Below, piece by piece: positions 1 through 12,015 of a stretch of DNA of 64,000 nt (the stretch's first letter is position 1; each line of letters opens with the position of its first letter). Position numbers and translations under genes: made by a program. The DNA comes from Lingula anatina. Taxonomy: Eukaryota; Animalia; Brachiopoda. Below the pieces are notes generated by a model. It ran no database searches and had not been told where the DNA came from. It saw nothing but the letters and a program-made list of their open reading frames with translations. Where the stretch lies: assembly GCA_051362555.1 (NCBI GenBank), contig CM120647.1:5146001-5210000 (forward strand), in the 5' to 3' direction.

Positions 1-154
1 CTGCTAATTCGTTCTTCGTCCATATGTGGTCAGGGTTCGTCCAAACAAACAAACAAACAAACAAACAAACAAACTTGCTTCATCATAAACAGGCAGTGAG
101 AATATTATTTCCCTTTTTGGTGGCAGCGATGACATTTTAATACTTATGTTCCAG

Positions 155-1955
155 TCGATGGTTATCTGAGTGATTGGTTACCATGGTCTTCTTGTTCTGC
201 TACCTGTGGACTACTAGGAACAGTGACTCGGTCACGTACCAAGGAGTGTATATATCCTGTCCCAGATTGCCGTGGTGATGACTGTGGCCAACTTCCAGAA
301 GAATATGAAAACTGCACCCAAAAGCCGTGTGGTACAACAAGTGGCGGATCACCGGGTTCATTCCAACACGACAGAGGTTAGTATCCTATTGTAACCTTCG
401 GATATAACATTACAAAAATAGTATTTGTCTGATAACGGGTTCTGTTGCAGGTCCATCTACACAAAGCTGCACACAGTAGATTCACATCCCCGTATTTTTT
501 TCTGTTTTTACAGTTGGCAGTGAAGTTGGACAGTTTCCAACTCAATTACAGGATTGATACAAAAATAACAAGCGTATTGCTTAAATCCGGCATTACATAT
601 CATAATTACTTTTTTGCCATGTAAGGTGTAAATCTGTATGTGCTGGCATGTTCTATCTTAAAACCGTACATTCCACATGATTTTAAGATTTTTCTTTTTT
701 TTTCAAAACAATTGGTATTCACAATGTGACTTTCATTTTTATTTCTAGGAAATAGGCTTCATGATCTTCACGTGAATTTCCGAGGAGCTAACACAAATGT
801 CACCTTTAGATGTGGGGTTGTACTGATTGAAAGTATCCCAAACTATGGTAAGTCGAGACTGTTTTTTCCTATATAATGGATTTCCTATTATGGTTTAAAA
901 ATGTAAAGACTTGAAGCAAGATAAAAATAAAATATTAGGGTTGGTTTAGTTCCTTACTTCCTAGCACTCAGAGGACATACCTCCGCCAAGGTACGCCCAT
1001 TGCACGAGCTAAGAAACCTTTCCTTTTTTTTTTTTTTTTTTTTTTTGCTCGGTGACGAACAAAAATAAAAAAATCGGTCTCCATTGGCGTCGGAAATAAA
1101 GTGACCATAATGTACAGCAGTACACATTTAAAACTGACACCACGTGAAATGGGATCAACAATATATAGAGGAATCAATTGCAAACTGCATCTGCTATCAT
1201 AATTAATAATAATTCTCACATTAAAAACAAAATAAATAAACTAATAAAACGATAAAAACCACTATTTTGATGTGCATGTACTGCTTGGATTACGGCGTAA
1301 ATATCAGAAAGCTGCCCAATCCAAAATACATAAAAACTAAAAATAGGGTGCCACAAGGAGCATTCTTGGTATCCCTATTAAAAGAAGATACGAATATCAA
1401 TGAAAACAATAAAAAGACTGAACTAACAATTTTTAAAGGAATAAGAAGCGAGTTTATAGAATATGGGCACAAAAATTTTATCATAACAGTAAAATCAAAG
1501 TATGAAGTTGAAAATTTTTATTTGCTGTTTGGTAATTATAAAGACACTAATAAAGTGCCCAATATGGACTTCGATTGAAACATCAATTTGTCATAACTAT
1601 GGAAATCCAAATGCATGGTTTTTTTTATTAATTTGCTTTTAAAAAGTTTTTGAATAACGTATATTTTTGACATGTTATTAAATTGTATTTCATCATTATT
1701 ATTTTTGCATTTTTAAGATACATATCCACTATGCATTCCTTACCCTCAAAAAGGCCCATGCGGAATATATCGTTTTATTTATGTTTTTCTAATTGAAATA
1801 TTCCAGATGAGACCTACATTGCCAACGTGCAGGCTGCCGTGACCGACGTATGTACCGACCAATCACGTCCGGTTTGTCATGTGACAATCCCTGCCCCTTC
1901 CGGCTGCCCCTGCCAAGTGATGATAAACTACATGTGTTGCGATGAATTATATTAA
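155..1955 (+). CDS. Upstream paralog (copy A), 3' part only: exons 155-376 (TSP1 repeat plus linker), 749-847 and 1807-1955 (Cys-rich C-terminal domain, TAA stop)
   Basis: All three exons have AG/GT boundaries and phase-1 junctions and read open: VDGYLSDWLPWSSCSATCG...QHDR / GNRLHDLHVNFRGANTNVTFRCGVVLIESIPNY / DETYIANVQAAVTDVCTDQSRPVCHVTIPAPSGCPCQVMINYMCCDELY*. They are colinear with exons 14-16 of the gene at 19304..48818. Confidence 0.88.
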
Positions 1956-2071
1956 ATGGTAAGTGTTTATGGAAATAGAGGTTAACTGTTAGAAACAAAA
2001 TGGTCAGTTGAACTAATGATTGTAAATTGCAACACTTCTTGAATCTAGTACTTCATAAATGTGCATTTTTA

Positions 2072-2111
<40 letters not shown>

Positions 2112-2207
2112 CGTATATCTCTTGGAACCTTTGGTCTCCTTTAATGATATATTGCATTTGAAATCCAAGCTGAAGTATTTATCAAATGCATTTTTTTATA
2201 TTTGCAG

Positions 2208-2821
2208 AGATACGCCAGGACTTCAAAAATGCTGGACAAAACGGACTTATGCAGACATTTCTCGACTGCATTTAAATATGCAGTTGTATATTATTCCCTC
2301 TGATTATTAGTTAGCAGATTGAAAATAACAAAAAAATATAAAATATGGGAAAAAACTGTCGCCAAATTCTTAAAACGCCATTCACTTCTCAAATTAAGTT
2401 GAAACTTTGCTGGTATTGAGGGTCATTATGTACTTATTTCAGTTTATGTAATTTAATAATATTCTAGTGGGGTGAAATATTATGATATTTATATGTATTT
2501 ATTAGTTTTAATATTTAAATATTAATGGGAAACATTCAGTTTGCTAGGAAGGCTTCAGGTCGTTTAGGTATGCCTTAAATCATTTTTTCTTGATTCCCAT
2601 AATACAATGGGTTGGTTAATTGATTTAATGATAAGTTAACCTGCCAGATTCCAAATGCACTACGTTATGCACCACTTCTGTTATTTAATATTTTAGTTGA
2701 TTGATCTATCTTATTAAATATTCAGATTACAATAACATATCTTAATGTTCGTATGTACTCATTTGTTGTGATAAAGGAGTGGCTGTCTTGTAAACTAGTC
2801 TTTCTACTTTATGCAAATAAA
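2208..2821 (+). other. Putative non-coding terminal exon (3' UTR) of copy A, ending near AATAAA 2816-2821
   Basis: GTAAGT donor 3 nt after the stop (1959), acceptor tttgcag at 2207, AATAAA downstream. The same layout occurs in copy B (48822 / 49056 / 49664). Confidence 0.55.
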
Positions 2822-3129
2822 ACTGTCGCAAATGCTTCACTTCGGTTGTTTTCCATGCCTTATTGCTAACTGTAAGTTTGGTAAGCACATAATTCCCCGA
2901 TACCGTTATCAGTTTATAAAGTAACTAATTTTTGTACTACTCTTGGACCGGTGCTTTCATTTGATGGTTTATACCGTTTCTAACCAAACAAATTAGTGTA
3001 GAACAGTTTCATTAGATATGTTATTGTAATAGACTTGTTATCAACCATTTTAAAACCTATAGCAACCTCCTTGCGACTGAGGTTGCAAAGAGGTTTCCAA
3101 AAGGTTGCAAGTGCAGTGTGACCCAGGCT

Positions 3130-3430
3130 TAAGCGGATGTTGATTGCTTCAAGAACTTTTCGGTGTAGATCTCGTGTCTCTCTTCCAAGATCTTTACTGT
3201 ATGTCTTCTATGGTTGTTGATGTTATACAATACCCTGTCTGTTCCTGGTGTTGGCTGAGGGCAGAATTTTTATCATGTTTTTTTTTTGATCGATTTTTGA
3301 TGTTCAGCGATTATTTCTGTTAAGGAACGTCCTGTCTCTCCAATGTATTTCTCTTCACACACCTGACACTCACACTGGTATACAACTCCATACTGTTCTG
3401 CTGGGTCTAATTTGTCCTTACCACTCCTAA
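3130..3430 (-). mobile_element. Penelope-like element, GIY-YIG endonuclease fragment
   Basis: KDKLDPAEQYGVVYQCECQVCEEKYIGETGRSLTEIIAEH and downstream RKVLEAINIR match PLE GIY-YIG motifs (VVY..C..C...YIGET.R.L....EH). Degenerate. Confidence 0.85.
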
Positions 3431-4489
3431 GGGAGGGGCAGGCAAGGGGGGGAGCACTGACCAAATAGCACACCAGAGGGGTGACAGTTTGTCACACCTG
3501 TCACAACCTCATTCCCTGATGAAATCTGACTGCAAGCAGATGAAATATTGGATGGTAAGTTCAAACTAATATAAATAGCTATAGACAAAAGAATCTTCAC
3601 AAGTCCAAACAACTTAGGTTATAAACGAGGAAAGATTTATGTAGGCCGCTATGGAATTGAAATGGCAGAGGGGTGTTTCATTCGGACATAACTCATAAAA
3701 AAAATGTTGCTTTAGATACAAAAATATGCAGCAAATGACAAAAGGTATAAACTGACTTGTAAACCTAGCATTGACAAAAACTCATCGCTTTAATAAAAGT
3801 TCGCAGTCTTTGCCCTCAAAAACACATCAGCATGTCACCTTGTGTGTACTCAACATGAATTAACAATCCCGAAAATTTGAAAATGGCACGTTGGGAATCA
3901 CAAGCAGATAATCAATTACGCTGTAAATAACAAAACCATGCCCTGAGTGTCAGGACACTATGAAGCTAGTTTGCTCACTATGCATACCTTTTCGTGGGGA
4001 GCTTTACAGTGTCCCAGACGAATAGCAGCAATATTGAGTATCCGCCAATCACAGGAACTGATCTGCAATGGATCTTCAGTAACAAGTCCAAAGTCAAACG
4101 TAAAGCACATGCACTTTTGCTTTATTTAATTTCATTTACTCTATTTGAGACGTAACTTGACAAATTAATAATATAGTTTTAAAAGAAAAATATATACCAG
4201 ATGTTTTTTTTTTTTTTTCAACAAATATTTGCTCCTAAAGATATAAACACAATTGACGTGTGCAAAGTTTGACAGCTACACTGTATGCCTAATACCACTA
4301 AAATGACTGCGCAATGGCTACAACAAAAATCAGTTTTTAAACCAGAAAGGTGCATGTGTTGCGGCACTGATTATATTCTTAGTTCAAACTTCAATCTCCA
4401 CGTCAGCCACTCTGCTTATTTGTCTCGTCTGCACTAGATGACGTCAGCTCCAGGCGGGAAAGGCAGCTCCAGGCGGGACAGATCATAGT

Positions 4490-5220
4490 TTGCAGATTAC
4501 ATGACCGTATCAGCTGCGGACGCCAACGACCCGCTTTACGGATACCACTCTTTACCTACTTCATTTCTCGCGTTTACAAGGGATAAACAAGACGAAGTAC
4601 GTCAAACATAAATATTAAACCGGCATTTTGTCCCTTGTGTTGTTTGTCAGTGTGACGATTTCAAGATAATGGACGTGTCAGCGCGAATCGCGTTGGTGAA
4701 CAGACGCAAGTTATGTTTCAATTGTTTAGACGCGGACCCTATTCCCCATGTGCAAAGTGTCCGGTTGTGCTTATTAGCACTCGAGATTACTTCACGTATT
4801 TTCCGAAACAACTCATGTTGATCGTGACTAATATTAGTGTTCGGTCAATTGAGGCGGAGGCTTATTTAAATGCGTCAGCGTGCTTTTTTACAGCATCGGT
4901 CTCTGTGACTTTGCCCATTGTTACAGTGAGAGTGAATGACGAGATAAAAGCACTCGCGCTTTTAGATAACGGGTCAACGTCTACTTTTATATCACAGCAC
5001 TTGGCTTCTTCTCTTTGCCTCGATCGATACAAAAGATGACGTGCAGTGTCGGCTAAGTACGCTTGACCGTTCAAGGTCTATTAGGTCGGCTGCTGTTCCA
5101 ATTGACGTGCCTCCTTGCAGCGACGCTACGAAGACGTACCACTTATCGAATGTGTTACTTGTCCCAACTATATAAGTTCTAGCAAACCAACCTATCCATG
5201 TGTCAGCTTCCCCGCATCTA
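4490..5220 (+). mobile_element. BEL/Pao LTR retrotransposon gag-protease remnant
   Basis: AADANDPLYG gag motif, zinc-knuckle region RIALVNRRKLCFNCL, and protease VTLPIVTVRV...ALLDNGSTSTFISQHLA. Frameshifted. Only the 5' part is retained in the duplicate at ~57600-57770. Confidence 0.75.
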
Positions 5221-7739
5221 CCAGATATAAATATTGTTCTTTATGCCTTATGCATTGCCTCCTAGCAGATAAAGAGTATCGATTGACTACAAAACAAACA
5301 AACCTCACATTTAATGGGTCTTTGCCCTAGGTTTCACACCTCTCACCCTTGACAAGTTTAGCTATTCATAAGTGCAGTCATACTATCACCACATCAACAG
5401 TATTGTGGTTCAAAAGAGCTTTAGCCACTGACTCACGTACACACGTACTAAACAACAGTGATCAATTGGCACACGTACACTTTCTACAGATAATGTCCAT
5501 CAATATACTTTAATTGATCGGCTTTTTTATCTTTTATGTCAATCTGTTTAGTTATAATACTCATACCCATACCCGTCATAATCCGTCGTGAGGCTTAATT
5601 AAATGAGAGTATTGGATTTTTAATAAAGTTCGCAATAGCTTTTATTTTGTATTTTTTTCATTACTAATACTCTTTTGTCCAATAAATATTTTTTAACCTG
5701 ACCACATTTATGTGGCTATATAAATGTTCACAGCCACAACGAAGCTGGTTTTACTGAAATGCTAAGAGCCCATATGAGTGAAAACGGTCAATTATTAATG
5801 ACGAAGGATAATAACATAGAAAGTTACAAAATAGATGGATAATTTTACATCCCCAGTACTATATAACTGCCATAACATAACGTTGATAAAGTGGGTTATT
5901 GAGTACAACCAATATTAATTAAAATAATATGCGAAACAACAACAGCCATAGAAGCAAAAAGCTAACACAACTGATACATACAAGGCCACCTTATTTACAT
6001 AATTGGGGGATTATCATAGATACCCATTCTAAAGAATTATAGTAATATTAATAACAAAGTTTGGTTTAATGAGTGCAACCTACATTAAGAAAATTGACAG
6101 CATGAAAGCTGTGTGAAACAACAAAAGCTGGCACAAACCTTAACTAAAGGCTCAGAATAGTGAAAAAAAAAATAATAATAACAATAATAATAAATAAAAT
6201 TAATAAATAAATACATAAATAAATAAATAAAAAAAATAAATAAAGGTCAGAAAGCAGGTGATAGCCAGATGATGTTGGAGGGTGAACAAATAAAAATGAA
6301 ATAACAAAGTAATATTACAGTGTAGCAGCTATTACTGCACTAGAGAACGGTGCGGGTAAATATCACTGCAGCTACCTGTAAAATGCTGCATAAAAGGCTC
6401 CTTAATGAGGTAGCTCAATAGGAATAGCTACCAAACACATTGATCATAACAAACACATGCCCCAAAGACTATTCCCTATCAATATAATGTTTATGTATAT
6501 ATAATTGTTACTACCACTAGTAAGCATTCCCTACATAAATATAACTATCTTATTTGTTCTTTTTAGAGTCATTTTATAATGTATATTCTAACGGTTTTAT
6601 TACGTGATTTTATTATGTGAATTATTTTTGCGACTGCATGTATGTACTATATATGTCTTTCATCCTGGTAATAATGAAGAGATGATAATAAATGTTTATA
6701 AATATGGAAATAAAGAAATAAAGAAATTAATTAATTAATTTATTAATATAAGCCTGACGACCTTTGAATCTGAAGCCATCATAAATTTCTAGCACACAGC
6801 TTTGGCTATACAGCATCGGGAGCAAATAAATTAATCTAGAAGTATCTTTGACAGTGTCACATGATGAATAAGCTGGTTGCCAATCACTTTTATATATATA
6901 CATATACTTTATCGCTGCTCACTTATTTGCAAGTTGCCGTGGGTCCATTAACCATCCTAGAAGACAGATAGCGTAAAGACAATCTATAGAAGAATACACA
7001 GTTATTCAAGTTATCCAAGTAAAGCAAGATTCTTCTTGGTAAGTGTGGATTTTTTTATTTTTCTACATGCAATAGCAAATCGAAGCCTAACTCTGCTCAG
7101 TTTTCTGTATCGTTATAGAAAATATAAAGAGAATGGTTTCGGAATTCTTTCATCCTTGAGCGAGTCCATTGAGGGAAACACTTGTCTTAGTGGGCTTACT
7201 TTGGTGCTGTCGTTTTAAGTGACAACTGATGAGCACCTTAAAATAGGGGAATAGCTTTGGGCTCGTCCAGCTGCATTCAGTATGTACCCTGTGCTATATT
7301 TCTGAACATTTACCTGTGGAACAGAGAAATATGAAGGTAGTTGGAGAAGCTTTTGATGAAAAGAGATATATAGAGCTTCATATGTACATTTTGCTCGAAC
7401 GAAATGATAATTTGCAAAGTGTGGGTTATATGTGAGTTCGGGTAAATGAATTTGTGAATACAAAATTAAAGTTTTGGACTGGAGGAGAATTAAACCATTA
7501 TTTCATTTAATGCATTTCCTATAATTTAGTTCAATGTACATTAGTTATATGGAGCGTGCTTGAAGCTAAAACTAAGAACCTGTAGTCTGTGTATGTGTAC
7601 TGCGTAATTTTGTAATAATAAAAAAAAATTGAGTAAGAAATGTATACATAGTAGCTTCAACGCAAGCATTCATGATGATAATGTATTTTATACACTTACA
7701 TGTGAAGTTCGGTCAAGAGTTGTGAAACCTAAATCACCC

Positions 7740-8010
7740 AAACGTTATAAATATATATATGAAATGTAATTCTTATCTATTAATATTCTACGACAAACCT
7801 AAAAATCACGTCCTGTGTTGTAAATTAAAGTATAGTGTGAACTGAATAGTGACTGTTATTTTTCTCATTAAAACAACGACTAATGGAAACGCACAACTCC
7901 TATATCTATTATGGGTAAATGGTATATTATGCGGGTGCTTTTATTTCGAAAAACGACAGGCAACTCAAAGATCATGACTGACTCTTAGTTACCTTGATCT
8001 GCAGTGCAGT
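7740..8010 (+). promoter_or_regulatory. Copy of the repeated cis-regulatory-like module (CGACTAATGGAAAC ... ATGCGGGT 7929-7936 ... CCTTGA)
   Basis: Homologous to the sequence just upstream of the copy B start codon (18845-19110). Function is inferred. Confidence 0.4.
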
Positions 8011-9407
8011 ACCGGACTCCCTGTGACATCAAGTAGTAGTTTTACTCGAAAATTCTGCCGTGTCCCAGGCACCAAGCATTGTACTTAACAGAATTTGATT
8101 TAAAAGGCAGCACGTTTCTTTTTCTTTACCACCGTTAAATAAAATCCGTTCATATTTGCTTTTTACAATGCATTTGGTTTTCTTTACCTGAGCGCCATTA
8201 TGTGAATATGCCACTAAATTATACAAGGTAAGCTGTCAATTTTTTACTTGACTTTTGTTTCCCGGTTGTCTTGGTTTGTTTTCTTACTAGCGGAATCTTA
8301 GAAAGGTTCAGCAGTGCACGTAACTGTAATAAAAGTTGGGTAACATAAAGAGCCGGTACATCAGCCAGGACACACATTAATATAAACCTTTCTATTTGAG
8401 TATTATTTCGGCTCTTATGGTAAATGGTGACAATTGCATTTAAGATATGATGGCGAGCTGCAGTAAGCCCCCCCCCCCCACCCCTATACGCGATGTCTGT
8501 CATTTGCTATATGTGTGTTGAAAATGGAAACGCAATGGTTTCCGAACATAAGGGAAAATGGCGTTGATGACAGAGCATAGTGGAGTTAATATAAAGCGTA
8601 TTTTTAATAGGTTTTACAATTAAGAGTGTTTTGGGTACCACCGGACCAATCTTATTTACTTAACAAAATCAGTATAGATGGCAAAGCATATCTTCTTCAT
8701 TATCACTGTTAAATTAATATCGTTGATATATAATTATTACTATCAATATTTTTTGTAATATTTATTAAATTTAATTTGTGTTTTTTTAAGCTGAACGTCA
8801 TTGGGTTTAAAGGACGATTTCATCCTGTTTGAGAAATGATAAAAGTATTGTTTAACATTAGATTGCACGCTGCAGTAGTCCCCCCCCCCTTTTTTTTTTT
8901 TAGTTCCAGAACTGCAGCCTGGACGCTTAATAAAAAATGACGACAATAGAATTTAGCATTGCAAGCCGCAGCGAGCCCCCCACCCAACCCCACCGCCCTT
9001 TGAGCGACGTATATCATTTATTTTGAATGTTGTGAAAATGGATGCACGTTTTTCTGAGAAACTGAAGACAAAACAAGCGTTGATGACAACGATAGGGGTG
9101 TTAATGGGACTTTGCATTTATTTTAAGGATTTTAATCACATTAGCTCTGATTAATAGAGATTTTTACTACAGTGAATAGAATGTCTCAAAGGCATATGCC
9201 TTACAAGTACAATGGGAAGATGGGTGGTTTTATTCACTTTGACGTTTAAAAAATTATGTCTCTTCAGTTTTAAAAGCATAGTGCTTAGCTTTTCTCGTGC
9301 AATAATATAGCATTGTATTTAGTTAAACAGTTAAGTGTTAATTGCTCCTGAGTATATTCTGGACACCACTTGTCCCCTCTTCACATATAAATAAATAAAT
9401 AAACAAA

Positions 9408-9454
<47 letters not shown>

Positions 9455-9504
9455 AAACAGTCTGGTTTCCTGCCAAAGAGCTTGTTTACCAGCGTCATAA
9501 AGTC

Positions 9505-9697
9505 CATAAGTCACTAGGTCTCGTTTCACAAAAAATCTAAAAGGGCGCTTACGTTGTTTTTAATTAGCTGCTAGTCGACGAAGCTAAGCCTCCTCGGGAG
9601 TTGCCTTAAGTCTGCTAGCACCACTAAAACTCGGTAAAGGAGAACATAATCACATAACTTTGGAAAGTACATCCCGTCAATGTATTGTGCTACAATA
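9505..9697. mobile_element. Truncated copy of the Harbinger-like MITE at 26695-27434 (second copy ~61270-61600)
   Basis: Shares gtcactaggtctcgtttcacaaaaaatctaaaagggcgcttacg...agcctcctcgggag with 26770-26960. Confidence 0.7.
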
Positions 9698-9981
9698 CCC
9701 GCATGAAAACGCAGTAGATACTACAGCGCAGTAGACCACTGCAATCATACTCCAATCATGCCTAAAACCTGCTTCGATTTGGGAGCTAATTAGCATATTT
9801 GAAGCGTGCTTCTGTTATGTTGGTAATCTACTGCATAAATGCTCCTCTCTGTACAAACCTATGTACTTTTTGCAGTAGGCTAGCAGTAGGCTAAAATGCA
9901 TTTATACTGTAAATATGCTCCACACCACTACTGCGTTAATGCTTCTTTGCTAACTTCGATACTACTGCATTTCCGTGCGGG
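9698..9981. mobile_element. 284-bp MITE with CCCGCA terminal inverted repeats and TA target-site duplication
   Basis: cccgcatgaaaacgcagtag ... tactgcatttccgtgcggg, flanked by TA on both sides. The paralogous site near 61445 (ctataata|tcttg) is empty. Confidence 0.85.
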
Positions 9982-9998
9982 TATCTTGAATGTTACTG

Positions 9999-10000
<2 letters not shown>

Positions 10001-10078
<78 letters not shown>

Positions 10079-10101
10079 GGGGGTATATATATATATATAT
10101 A
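10001..10101. repeat. (TA)n microsatellite; others at ~19618-19703, 35449-35529, 38540-38625, 52706-52778
   Basis: Direct reading. Confidence 0.95.
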
Positions 10102-10104
10102 ACA

Positions 10105-10305
10105 AACGGAAACATCACGTACTCTTCTATACTATACTGTGACCTGAAAGGTGTCGCCATTTTAACAATTAAGACAACGACTAATGGAAATCCTCAGCTT
10201 TAAATTCAATACTAGTTGACGGATTATTTGTGGCTTATGCGGGTATCCATTAGTTCGAAAACAGCGGAGCAGTCCACGCTTATTTTGCCTTAATTGCCTT
10301 GACCC
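10105..10305 (+). promoter_or_regulatory. Copy of the repeated module (ATGCGGGT 10237-10244), closest in sequence to the copy B upstream module
   Basis: Aligns with 18897-19110, including tcaatactagttgacgg. Confidence 0.4.
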
Positions 10306-11744
10306 GCGTGAGTGGGTTTGCTACCCCCCCCCCCCCCCCCCGAAATGGTATTCTAAGACCACACTTTAGCCTCTCCTTTGATAAGGAATTACTTTGTCAG
10401 CCTTTAGGTAAGGGACACTGACATAAAGGAGCTCCTCATTGGTTAAAGTAGGCCTCTGTGACACCATCCTCGTCATAAACGCCTCAGTAATGTTGTATAA
10501 TTGGGGTCAACTGGTCAACTTCAATCACGCAACAGTGCATATGGACATTATCACTGCATGTGGATGTTTTGATCTAAGCCAATCTATTGATCTAAGTGAC
10601 AATTTACCAAAAAAAGCAACTAATAAATAAATAAATAATGATAAAATGATAAAGAATAGTAATAAGTAAATAAAGTAGCTGAAGCCGTCTTTCGAGAAAC
10701 GGAACCTTACAAAGAAATCGTCATCGGTGAAGTGCGGATCGGTAAGCACCTACTTGGCTTATTTTTGGTGTCCTGGATAAGACTTTAGAAATATTTAATA
10801 TTTTCTTTCTTTGCCAACTCTAAGTCCTGCTGTCGTTTTAAATGACAACTGTGAAGATAGGATAATACCGGTAACTAAAAGCTCGATCAGCGGCAAACAC
10901 TTTCACTATATTTTGGAACATTTAGAACGAAGAAATAGAAAGGAAGTTACCCCGTACACATATATTGTTACTGTTATGTTGGAAATGGCAGAGTCATCTA
11001 CCTCTGGCTAGGAGTTCAACTCTCTTGATGTACATGTATATAGGCCCTTGTGTATAATGAACGTAACAGCTGAATTTTCTTTTGAGAACTTTTAATATTC
11101 ATGGGTCAAAAATATCGCAAATCAATGTCTATATATCTACGATAATTAAACATTCGGGAAATATTTACGAATGTTAGAAATTGTATTTTTTTTTCTTTTT
11201 AGTACGAAGGGATAAACATAGCTACATGTGTACAATTTGCTCAATTGAAAGGATAATTTGCAAAGTGTGGTTTACCTGTATATTCAGCTACATGAATTTG
11301 AGGATACAAAATAACACTTATGGAATGGGGAAAAATTAAAGGTGCTCATATCGAAAACAACCAATCATTTTATGCAGCGAGATAGAGCATGTTTTGAACA
11401 AAATGTAGCATAGTGCAGGACACATTACCCATTTTACCATCTAATCATTTAGTGCATTTCCTCTAAATTAGTTCAATTCATGTAAGTTATGTGTAGTGAG
11501 CTTAAACGTAACATCAAAAGCATATAGTTTGTGTATGTGTACTACGTAATTTTATTATGATAAATTAATAATAAACAGATGTAAGAAACGTATGTTGCAT
11601 CATAGTGTAAATAAGACAAAGGTAGCATGCATGGTAGCTTAAGCGCACAGTCAACCATAGCAACCATCTGCAGGCAACCATGATGATAATGTAGAATGTG
11701 CACCTTACACGTGAAATTCGGTCAAGAGTTGCGAAACCAAAATG

Positions 11745-12015
11745 TCCCTGACGTTACATCCACGCGTTATAAAATATCAGAAATGAATTTATATAATATT
11801 CATATTCTATGAGAAACCTAAAAACCAAGTTCTGTGCTTTAGAGTATATTATACTGTGAAATAAAGCGTGACTGTTATTTTTACCATTAAAACAACGACT
11901 AATAGAAACACACAACTCTATAATGGTTGTTTGGTATTTTATACGGGTGCTCTTAATTCGAAAAACAGCAGGCAACGCAAAGATCATGATTGACTCTGAG
12001 TTACCTTGATCTGCA
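11745..12015 (+). promoter_or_regulatory. Copy of the repeated module (variant ATACGGGT 11941-11948)
   Basis: Shares tgacgttacatcc, atatcagaaatgaa, acaacgactaat and ttaccttgatctgcag with the other copies. Confidence 0.35.

Noticed and set aside
451-560. Possible extra mini-exons between the TSP1-4 exon and the next exon (ttgcag and ttacag acceptors, 3-nt indel between paralogs)
   Set aside because: Both hit in-frame stops or lack a phase-compatible donor, and the flanking exons already join in phase.
1267-1578. 103-aa Lys/Asn-rich ORF
   Set aside because: It lies in an AT-rich intron of copy A, and the paralogous intron (~48060-48385) has frame-breaking indels.
9338-10102. ORFs with IYLF or IYIY repeats and other poly-K/poly-F ORFs in the track
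   Set aside because: These are translations of microsatellites and homopolymer runs.
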